From NCBI GenBank assembly GCA_030747675.1, contig JASLKH010000080.1, forward strand, positions 1-34,790: a stretch of DNA of 34,790 bases, read 5' to 3'. A program made the translations under genes and the position numbers. Shown here piece by piece: positions 1 to 7,173 of the stretch (positions within the stretch are counted from its first letter, which is position 1; the number at the start of each line of letters is the position of its first letter). This DNA comes from Candidatus Thalassarchaeaceae archaeon (GTDB taxonomy: Archaea; Thermoplasmatota; Poseidoniia; Poseidoniales; Thalassarchaeaceae). The notes beneath the pieces were generated by a model that saw nothing but the letters and a program-made list of their open reading frames with translations, made no database searches and was not told where the DNA came from.

Positions 1-405
1 GGCGCTATGCTTTACAGCCTTGGAGGAGGAGGTGTTGGAACACCAGCACCAGGATATTTGCCGGGCGAAGATGGCGCCCTTGTAAGCACACAACAAGCTA
101 TTCTTGTTGAAGCAGTGCTTACATTCCTACTTATGATTACAATCATGGGCACGGCTGTAGATTCCCGAGCACCAGCAGGAATTGCTGGTTTTGGAATTGG
201 ACTTGTGGTTATGGCAGATATCATGATGGGTGGTCCATTGACTGGAGCAGCAATGAACCCAGCACGCTGGTTTGGCACTTGGATATTTAGCGATATGGAG
301 AACAATATTGATTTGATAATTTATACAATTGGTCCAATTCTTGGCTCATTACTCGGAGTACTTCTTTGGGATAAGATGATGGATGCACCAAGCGACGAAT
401 CATAA
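1..405 (+). CDS. MIP/aquaporin family channel, C-terminal half (5'-truncated by the window edge)
   Basis: Second NPA box (GAAMNPARWFG) and hydrophobic helices typical of MIP channels. The frame is open back to position 1 and the first NPA box is missing, so the gene is partial. Confidence 0.9.
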   Translation, partial: GAMLYSLGGGGVGTPAPGYLPGEDGALVSTQQAILVEAVLTFLLMITIMGTAVDSRAPAGIAGFGIGLVVMADIMMGGPLTGAAMNPARWFGTWIFSDMENNIDLIIYTIGPILGSLLGVLLWDKMMDAPSDES

Positions 406-462
406 TCCATCCGTAATTTTCTAATCGGTGGGTTTGAGGCAGAGACTTGTTCAGGGTAGTCT

Positions 463-1974
463 ATGGGCGAAGCTTACGATGCACTAATGTCTCGAATGAA
501 AGAAATTGAAACAGTAGGGCAAATACAAGGTTTACTTGGCTGGGACCAAGAAGTGATGATGCCACCCAAAGCTGCGCCCCTGCGTGCCGAACAGCAGGCA
601 TGGCTAGCTAGAACTAGTCACTCAATGATGGTTGATTCAAGTATGGGCGACGTATTGGCGGCAGCAGAAATGGAAGATGTGGGTGAGGAGATTGCTGCTG
701 GAAATCTCCGTTTGATACGTGATGCATACGATAAGGCTACCAAGAAACCTGCAGATTTTGTAGAGCGTTTTGCACGCCATAAATCTAAATCTATTGGTTC
801 TTGGACTGAAGCACGAGAGAAGAATGATTTCTCTATATTCCGCGATGACCTTGCAGAGATGATCGAACTCAATCGGGAACTTGCAGGTTATCTTGGGTAT
901 GAAGATAACCCGTATGATGCCTTATTGGATATTTATGAATCAGGTCTATGTGTGGCTCAAGTAGATCCTTTGTTCGCAGGTCTTCGTAAAGCATTAGTTC
1001 CATTGATTGCTGCTGTTGGGGATTGTGAAGACCCTGACATGTCATGGATAACATCTAACAATTGGCCTGAGGAATCACAAGCTCAACTTTCACATGGTAT
1101 ATCAACCGCTATTGGATTTGATTTCGATGCAGGTCGGCGTGACAAATCCACTCACCCTTTTTGTGGAGGTGCTAATCCAGATGATGTGCGCTGGACTACT
1201 CGGTACGACGAAGAAGAACCATTTGGGTCCCTCTACGGGTCACTTCATGAAACGGGTCATGGGTTGTATGAACAAGGCCGCCCGCGGAATCTGGATTTCC
1301 AGCCCGCGGGTCATGCTAATGGCCTAGGTGTACATGAATCTCAAAGTCGGTTATGGGAAAATCAAGTCGGGCGTTCTCTTGCATTCAGTGAGTGGGCAAT
1401 TCCACATTGGGGCGAATACTTTGCTGAAAATATGGAAGGAGTTACTGGTGAGATGTTGTGGCGCAGTGTGAACTTGGTTGAACCAAGCCTGATTAGAGTG
1501 GAGGCTGATGAAGCAACCTACAATTTGCACATCATGATTCGATACGAAATTGAGAAACAACTCATCAATGGAGATTTGGACATAGATAATTTGCCAGATG
1601 CTTGGGATGATATGTATGAGAAATTCCTTGGGATTCGATCACCTGATAGGAAGCAAGGAGTCCTCCAAGATATCCATTGGTCGATGGGAGCATTCGGCTA
1701 TTTCCCGACATACACGTTGGGGAACTTGTACAGTGCCCAACTTTTAGCTGCAGCCCGTGCAGATATTGAAACAGGTGAAACATTAGAAAAAATGTGGAGC
1801 AGAGGGCAATTTGAACCTCTTCTAAAATGGATGCGCGACAATGTGCACTCGCGGGGCAGCATTGTTTCTCCGGCAAGCCTGATAGAAGAAGCAACAGGGA
1901 ACCCCCCCACACCCCAACCCTTCATCGATTATTTGAAGGCTAAAATTGGGAAGTTGTATGGCTTATCTGTTTAG
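463..1974 (+). CDS. Carboxypeptidase M32 (carboxypeptidase Taq family)
   Basis: HETGH zinc-binding HEXXH motif, HESQS, HPFC, DVRWTTRY, IRVEADE, GVLQDIHW and GYFPTYTLG motifs; 503 aa. Confidence 0.96.
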   Translation: MGEAYDALMSRMKEIETVGQIQGLLGWDQEVMMPPKAAPLRAEQQAWLARTSHSMMVDSSMGDVLAAAEMEDVGEEIAAGNLRLIRDAYDKATKKPADFVERFARHKSKSIGSWTEAREKNDFSIFRDDLAEMIELNRELAGYLGYEDNPYDALLDIYESGLCVAQVDPLFAGLRKALVPLIAAVGDCEDPDMSWITSNNWPEESQAQLSHGISTAIGFDFDAGRRDKSTHPFCGGANPDDVRWTTRYDEEEPFGSLYGSLHETGHGLYEQGRPRNLDFQPAGHANGLGVHESQSRLWENQVGRSLAFSEWAIPHWGEYFAENMEGVTGEMLWRSVNLVEPSLIRVEADEATYNLHIMIRYEIEKQLINGDLDIDNLPDAWDDMYEKFLGIRSPDRKQGVLQDIHWSMGAFGYFPTYTLGNLYSAQLLAAARADIETGETLEKMWSRGQFEPLLKWMRDNVHSRGSIVSPASLIEEATGNPPTPQPFIDYLKAKIGKLYGLSV

Positions 1975-1983
1975 GTAACTATC

Positions 1984-3147
1984 ATGGAGGAGAACTCGTC
2001 CGGGGACATTATGGAGAACGCTCCTTTGCGTAACCTCCGGCAGGTGGCTTGGTTTGAGAGAACCATGGACGCGAGTATTGGTGCATTGCATCTTACGGAC
2101 GACCGTTTGTTTGCTGGCGATTGGGCTGGCACCATTCTTTGCTGGAACTTAGAAGGTGAGGAATTGTGGCGTGTGCAGACCAATGATCGTGTATCTGGAT
2201 TTGATTCTGGAGGAACAAATCTCTATGCTGTTTGTGGACGAGACATTGTTTGCATTGACTTCGACCTAGGGGAAATTCAATGGAGTGTGGAATTAGAAGG
2301 TAGTTCAGACCTAGTTGCTTGTACATCAGACGGTAGTACTGTGCTAACCACCTCATCAGTATTTGATATTGAAGTAAATGATTTCATGGAATCAACATGC
2401 TGGAGATTTGATTCAACAGGTACTCTCCTAAGGAGAGACACACTTGGCGAAAGACCATGGTTCATAGAAATACGTGATGATGGTTGCGGTCATCTTGCAT
2501 TGGGCCGCCCAAGGTGCGGAATGGTACGAGTCGACATGGAGGGTTTACATTGGTACCCTCTGCCCAGTCAATCACCCACAACTTGTGGTTTGACTGATCC
2601 AGACCACATAGTGATTGGGCACGTAGATGGAACGTTGACATGTATTGATTCAGGTTTTGTTCTTGAAGAAGGCCAATTCCCAAAACAACCCGGTTCGATT
2701 AGAAGTTTGGACAGCACACCCAATGGTTTGGTGATATCGGTATCAATGGATCCAGGCAATAAAATTGAAAGCCTTGCCCGAGCATATGATTGGGATGGAC
2801 ACCTTCGTTGGCAAATGGAAACAAATAGCGGCCGTAAATTTGAACATGTAATTGATGGCCCCGACTTGAATGAAAACCCCTCAGTGTGGCTGATGTCGTG
2901 GAATGGAAAATTATCTGAAATCGCAGTAAGGGCTGAAATCGATGGTAATCCCGAAGTACGATTTGAATCTAATTCTAGAGTAAATACTTGCATTTCCAAT
3001 GCAGAATATATTGCAATTGGATTCCACGATGGGAATTTAACCATTGTTCAAGGTGAACTTTTGAATCGTCGCCTATCTGCAGATGAAGATGAGGAAAAAT
3101 CACATAGGTCAGATCTGGCAGCAAAGTTGAGAGCTCTGCGTGGTTAA
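1984..3147 (+). CDS. PQQ/WD40-like beta-propeller repeat protein
   Basis: Repeated ...G...W blade endings (GEELW, GEIQW, GHLRW) and short beta-strand periodicity; 387 aa. Confidence 0.7.
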   Translation: MEENSSGDIMENAPLRNLRQVAWFERTMDASIGALHLTDDRLFAGDWAGTILCWNLEGEELWRVQTNDRVSGFDSGGTNLYAVCGRDIVCIDFDLGEIQWSVELEGSSDLVACTSDGSTVLTTSSVFDIEVNDFMESTCWRFDSTGTLLRRDTLGERPWFIEIRDDGCGHLALGRPRCGMVRVDMEGLHWYPLPSQSPTTCGLTDPDHIVIGHVDGTLTCIDSGFVLEEGQFPKQPGSIRSLDSTPNGLVISVSMDPGNKIESLARAYDWDGHLRWQMETNSGRKFEHVIDGPDLNENPSVWLMSWNGKLSEIAVRAEIDGNPEVRFESNSRVNTCISNAEYIAIGFHDGNLTIVQGELLNRRLSADEDEEKSHRSDLAAKLRALRG

Positions 3148-3238
3148 TTTTCTAACATTTTCTTGGAAGGCCCAATTTTTCTCCAGTGGAATAAAGGGTC
3201 ACTGTACCTTATTTCGAATGGAAAACACGTAATTTCAT

Positions 3239-3251
3239 ACAAAGGTTTATC
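3239..3251 (+). promoter_or_regulatory. Putative BRE + TATA-like promoter for the large ncRNA
   Basis: ACAAAGG-TTTATC, a purine-rich BRE-like run followed by TTTAT at 3246-3250. It lies ~26 nt upstream of G3277, where the structured region begins, which is the typical archaeal TATA-TSS spacing. Confidence 0.55.
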
Positions 3252-3935
3252 GGCCACCGTATCCCAAGTGACTTTTGCCGCTCCCGAGGAGTGGTGTCGG
3301 GACGCCAGCGTCACCGGCAGGCCCCAGCCCACAAGGGACCCAAATCGGGAATCGGCAGTGGGCCATTGTACACAATCTTTGGATTGTGAATGGTGGGGTG
3401 TGCGCGCGTTCGCAAGTTCGCTAACGCAGACCCGCAGGAGACGAACACTTACTTCGGTAAGTGGATCGATCTGTGAACGTGTGGGAGAGCTGGTCTCAAA
3501 CACATATCGCACTTCGGTGCAACACAGGCTTGACTTTAGTTCGCAAGAACGGGAACCGGACAGAAGGAATATTGAAAGCAATAGGGAAATGAAGATGATG
3601 AAGGGAATCACTGGAAGCCGCAAGGTGACCTCAGGGACCTGAATGAAACGAAATTGAACTTTTATGATCAAGAATGCCGGCTGAATCGAATGAACCTTGA
3701 CAAACTCCTGTGTCAGAAATCATAGGCAGCAATGCTTGTGATATGCTGATGGGACGGTGAATACTGCAGTTGAAACCGGCCCGGAATGGGATGAAGCTGC
3801 AAAGTGAAATCCTATTCGAAGGGGATAGGGGGTAACAGCAATGTTACTTTCTACTTCAGGAGGAATTCTCGTCAGAGTAAGACCGAATGAAGAGTTGTGC
3901 ACTCGTGAGAGAGTACAATGCCCAGGGCGCCGGCA

Positions 3936-3961
3936 AGGAGCAATCCGAAGGAGCAATCCGA
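3936..3961 (+). repeat. Tandem 13-nt duplication AGGAGCAATCCGA x2, each forming a GGA-GCAA-UCC hairpin
   Basis: Exact repeat at 3936-3948 and 3949-3961. Confidence 0.9.
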
Positions 3962-4132
3962 GTCGGTACCATGGAAGAGAAAAACATCTTCGGATGTTGG
4001 ACGACGCCAAGGGAATCAGGACAGGAAACTGTACTGGGCGTCCAGAGGGAAGGCCGATGCTCCGGCATCGTGCCAACCCAACCGGGATTCTGAAAACATC
4101 TCCGGATGTCGGAAGGGTTACGGATGCGGAGA

Positions 4133-4197
4133 CTGGCTGGCGGGAAAAGATCTACTCGATTGAACCCCGCCAGCCAGCACTCCCAACTTCCTCTTTT
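4133..4197 (+). terminator. 3' terminal hairpin plus pyrimidine/U-rich tract, probable 3' end of the ncRNA
   Basis: CTGGCTGGCGGG (4133-4144) pairs with CCCGCCAGCCAG (4166-4177), followed by TTCCTCTTTT (4188-4197). Confidence 0.5.
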
Positions 4198-4274
4198 GAG
4201 GATAAAGGGCCTTCCTTCCAAATCACCTTTTCATGATTGCTACTCTTTTACAATTGTACGTTTGTTTTCTTTAC

Positions 4275-5873
4275 TTATGCTCGGGGGCCAATCATTTCTT
4301 CAGGACGCACCCATGCATCAAACTGATCGTTAGTCAATAAGTTCAATTCTAGAGCAGATTGTCTTAATGTGATGCCTTTCTCATGTGCATTTTTTGCAAT
4401 TTTCGCTGACTTGTCATAACCAATGTGATTGTTTAATGCAGTGACAAGCATCAATGAATTTTCTAGATGAGATTGAATTGCATCTGAATTAGCCTCAAGC
4501 CCCATGACACATTTGTCAGCGAATGCTCGACAAGTATCAGCCAAAATCCGTGTGCTGTGTAGTAGATTATGAATCATCATTGGTTTATACACGTTGAGTT
4601 CAAAATTTCCTTGGCTGCCACCAATTGTAATGGCAGTATGATTCCCCATAACTTGGCAGCAAACCATAGTCATCGCTTCTGCTTGTGTCGGGTTTACCTT
4701 ACCAGGCATGATACTTGATCCCGGTTCGTTGGCAGGCAGTGATAGTTCACCCAATCCGCAACGTGGGCCTGATCCCAACCAACGAATATCATTTGCAATT
4801 TTCATAAGGCTCGCAGCGAGGGTGTTGAGTGTTCCACTGGCTGCAACAACTGCATCATGTGCTGCAAGTTGTGCAAATTTATTCTCGGCTGTGATAAAAG
4901 GCAACCCAGTTTTTTCAGCGATATGGTCGGCAACGATTTCAGCAAAAGCTGGGTGAGTATTCAATCCAGTCCCTACTGCCGTGCCACCCAATGCTAATTC
5001 ATAGAGATCCTCAAGTGCAAAATCAATGCGCCTTAGGTCTGCGTCCAACATGGCAACATATCCACTGAATTCTTGACTTAATGTGAGTGGAACAGCATCC
5101 ATTAAATGGGTACGACCAATTTTCACAATTCCTTCAAACTGTTCAACTTTTTCTGCAAGTGTATTTCTTAGATGCAAAACCTGAGGCCTCAATGTGTGGT
5201 ACATTTCTTCTGCACCAGCAATATGCATTGCAGTTGGAAACGTGTCATTGGATGATTGCGCTTTATTCACATGATCGTTTGGATGCACTGGATTTTTCGA
5301 ACCCAATATGCCGCCTGCGAGCTCAATGGCTCTGTTAGCGATGACTTCATTCGCATTCATATTCGATTGAGTACCAGATCCGGTTTGCCAAATTCGTAAT
5401 GGAAAATGCCCATCCAATTCACCATTGACGACTTCTTCCGCGGCAGTGATAATCAAATCAGCAACTTTTTGATCCAGGGTCCCTAACTGTTTGTTGGTTT
5501 TCGCGGCGGCTTGTTTGAGTATTCCAAAACCTCGAACCACACCCCTCGGCATCGTATCTTCTCCAATATCGAAGTTGATTATGGAGCGTGCAGTTTGGCA
5601 ACCATAGTATCTGTCAGCAGGAACTTCAAGAGACCCCATGGTGTCCTCTTCAATACGAACATCTCCTTTTGGCGACGACGCTTTTCTTTGTTCTGTAACA
5701 ACAACGGGAGAGTTTTGCTGCCCCCCGTCCAATGATTCCTGAATCATTCTCGTAATGGTGGCACTTCGACCATCGCGTCGGCCCTTGCCAACACGGCGAT
5801 CCAGGCGCTCTGCTAATTTCTCCGGTATGCTAATGCTCATGATACGACGGTCTCCCGCCCTGTGCTTTGCCAT
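4275..5873 (-). CDS. fumC: Class II fumarate hydratase with an N-terminal ribbon-helix-helix extension
   Basis: Fumarate lyase signature [15 protein letters not shown], plus [19 protein letters not shown] and [10 protein letters not shown]. About 70 extra N-terminal residues precede the usual RIEEDTMG start of the core. Confidence 0.96.
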   Translation of the reverse strand: MAKHRAGDRRIMSISIPEKLAERLDRRVGKGRRDGRSATITRMIQESLDGGQQNSPVVVTEQRKASSPKGDVRIEEDTMGSLEVPADRYYGCQTARSIINFDIGEDTMPRGVVRGFGILKQAAAKTNKQLGTLDQKVADLIITAAEEVVNGELDGHFPLRIWQTGSGTQSNMNANEVIANRAIELAGGILGSKNPVHPNDHVNKAQSSNDTFPTAMHIAGAEEMYHTLRPQVLHLRNTLAEKVEQFEGIVKIGRTHLMDAVPLTLSQEFSGYVAMLDADLRRIDFALEDLYELALGGTAVGTGLNTHPAFAEIVADHIAEKTGLPFITAENKFAQLAAHDAVVAASGTLNTLAASLMKIANDIRWLGSGPRCGLGELSLPANEPGSSIMPGKVNPTQAEAMTMVCCQVMGNHTAITIGGSQGNFELNVYKPMMIHNLLHSTRILADTCRAFADKCVMGLEANSDAIQSHLENSLMLVTALNNHIGYDKSAKIAKNAHEKGITLRQSALELNLLTNDQFDAWVRPEEMIGPRA

Positions 5874-5894
5874 AATGTGGCCTACAGTCCGTTG

Positions 5895-5902
5895 TTAATA
5901 AA
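5895..5902 (-). promoter_or_regulatory. TATA box of fumC (probably a leaderless transcript)
   Basis: TTTATTAA on the - strand ~22 nt upstream of the ATG at 5873. Confidence 0.55.
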
Positions 5903-5907
5903 TATAT

Positions 5908-6423
5908 TCAAAAACGACTAACTGAGATGATTTGCATGGGCTCACGAGGCCGATCACCACGTCCAGTAGGTCCATTTTCAATGGCAGTAACAACGTCCAT
6001 TCCTTTCACAACTTTACCGAATACAGGGTGTGCAGACGGCGTTTGTGTGTTCCACCAATCTAGGAAGGAATTGTGAACAGTATTGATGAAGAATTGCGAA
6101 CCTCCACTATTGGGTCCAGCATTCGCCATACTCAATGTTCCCGACTCGTTTGAGAACTTTGCATCTGGGAGGTGCTCATCCGCAATTTTGTATCCTGGAT
6201 CACCGGTTCCGCAACGGGGACTGTTTGGGTCTCTGCTGTTTGGGCAACCACCCTGGAGCATGAATCCAGCAATAACTCGGTGAAAATGTAATCCGTTGTA
6301 GTATCCCTTGTCTACCAAATCAAGGAAATTTCCGGCTGTAATCGGCATGGTGTCGGTAAACAGTTCAATGGTGATGTCACCCTTGCTTGTCTTCATCAGT
6401 ACTTGTGTTCCAGTCATGAACAT
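5908..6423 (-). CDS. Cyclophilin-type peptidyl-prolyl cis-trans isomerase
   Basis: [37 protein letters not shown] and [14 protein letters not shown] motifs. Confidence 0.96.
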   Translation of the reverse strand: MFMTGTQVLMKTSKGDITIELFTDTMPITAGNFLDLVDKGYYNGLHFHRVIAGFMLQGGCPNSRDPNSPRCGTGDPGYKIADEHLPDAKFSNESGTLSMANAGPNSGGSQFFINTVHNSFLDWWNTQTPSAHPVFGKVVKGMDVVTAIENGPTGRGDRPREPMQIISVSRF

Positions 6424-6455
6424 TGGCGGACGCCCGAGGTTCTTGACTCTGTTCC

Positions 6456-7043
6456 TTAAGCGTAATCGGATAAGGTTGTGAGTGGTATAAGCGGAATACC
6501 TGCAGCATCAAACGCCTCTTGACCACCTTCTTCACGATCAACAATACTGATGCAGGCGACGACAACACACCCCATCTCTTGTAATCGTTCACACGCCTTT
6601 AGTGCGGACCCCCCAGTCGTGGTCACATCTTCCAAAATGACAATTCTATCACCTGTTTGAATGGTACTGCCTTCAATTCCAGGTGGGTTACCTGTTTTCC
6701 GCCCCCCTCTCCCTTTGGGTTCCTTGCGCATGATGAATCCCCGCAATGAGCTTCCGACACCTGCTTTGGCAATGACAATTCCAGTGAGAGGAACTGCGCC
6801 TAATTCGAGTCCCCCAACAACATCGACACCTCCATCAATTTCGTCGATAGTGTGGTGAATTAAAACACCAAGCAAATGTGCAGATTCAGGATCACACATG
6901 ACAGGTTTGGTATCAAAAAAATGTCTACTATTTCGTCCAGAAGCCAATGTGAACTCTTCGGTTTTGGCGCAAAGGTAGGCAAGAGAATGTACTTTTTCGA
7001 TTAATCTTGCTTTTGCATCAGTAACATTGGTGGTGCTTGCCAT
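6456..7043 (-). CDS. pyrE: Orotate phosphoribosyltransferase
   Basis: [18 protein letters not shown] and the PRPP-binding [12 protein letters not shown] motif. Start reassigned to ATG 7043 (MASTT); the ORF-track extension to 7217 overlaps polC. Confidence 0.93.
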   Translation of the reverse strand: MASTTNVTDAKARLIEKVHSLAYLCAKTEEFTLASGRNSRHFFDTKPVMCDPESAHLLGVLIHHTIDEIDGGVDVVGGLELGAVPLTGIVIAKAGVGSSLRGFIMRKEPKGRGGRKTGNPPGIEGSTIQTGDRIVILEDVTTTGGSALKACERLQEMGCVVVACISIVDREEGGQEAFDAAGIPLIPLTTLSDYA

Positions 7044-7173
7044 ATCAATCCCAATTCGTTCTAGAAGAAGGCCTTCCATGAACCTTCGGTCACTTCCATA
7101 GGAAGTGCGACGACTCACAAGAATGCTTTTGGGCGCTCGTTGTCCGCTGGGAGATGTACGTCGGGGTGCACAT

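Larger units (their letters stand above)
3277..4197 (+). ncRNA. Large (~920 nt) highly structured non-coding RNA of unknown family, with group II intron-like motifs
   Basis: Hairpins with UUCG loops (3453, 3513, 3989), UCCG loops (4061, 4101) and GNRA loops (GCAA 3543, 3620, 3729, 3838, 3940, 3953; GUGA 3905; GAAA 4025). A perfect 12-bp terminal stem pairs 4133-4144 with 4166-4177. Linkers are purine-rich and there is no credible ORF. The loops are canonical only on the + strand. Confidence 0.85.

Noticed and set aside
3936-3961. CRISPR-like repeat
   Set aside because: Only two adjacent 13-nt copies with no spacer, and no cas genes.
4127-4160. Group I intron R/S elements (GAGACU...AAGAUCUA)
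   Set aside because: No P7 pairing between the two segments, no P/Q elements, and no interrupted host gene.
4162-4173. SRP (7S) RNA: GAACCCCGCCAG resembles the archaeal helix 8 entry, and GGCCCGGAA occurs at 3778
   Set aside because: The motif is not followed by GCCCGGAAGGGAGCA. The two pieces are ~380 nt apart and in the wrong order.
3277-4197. RNase P RNA (fragments GAGGAG, ACAGAA, UGAAAC are present)
   Set aside because: There is no GAGGAA(A)GUCC-type P4 5' strand and no matching ACAGAA...GGCUUA 3' element in the right order. The region is also about three times the usual length.
3277-4197. rRNA fragment or tRNA cluster
   Set aside because: No universal 16S/23S/5S signatures and no T-loop (GTTCRA) cloverleaf were found here or elsewhere in the window.
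3144-4333. Overlapping ORFs of 68-175 aa on both strands (3144-3671, 3163-3642, 3720-4076, 3841-4236, 3856-4221 and others)
   Set aside because: They overlap mutually, are R/S/G/P-rich, show no recognisable motifs and do not match the codon style of neighbouring genes. They are better explained as chance frames across a structured RNA.
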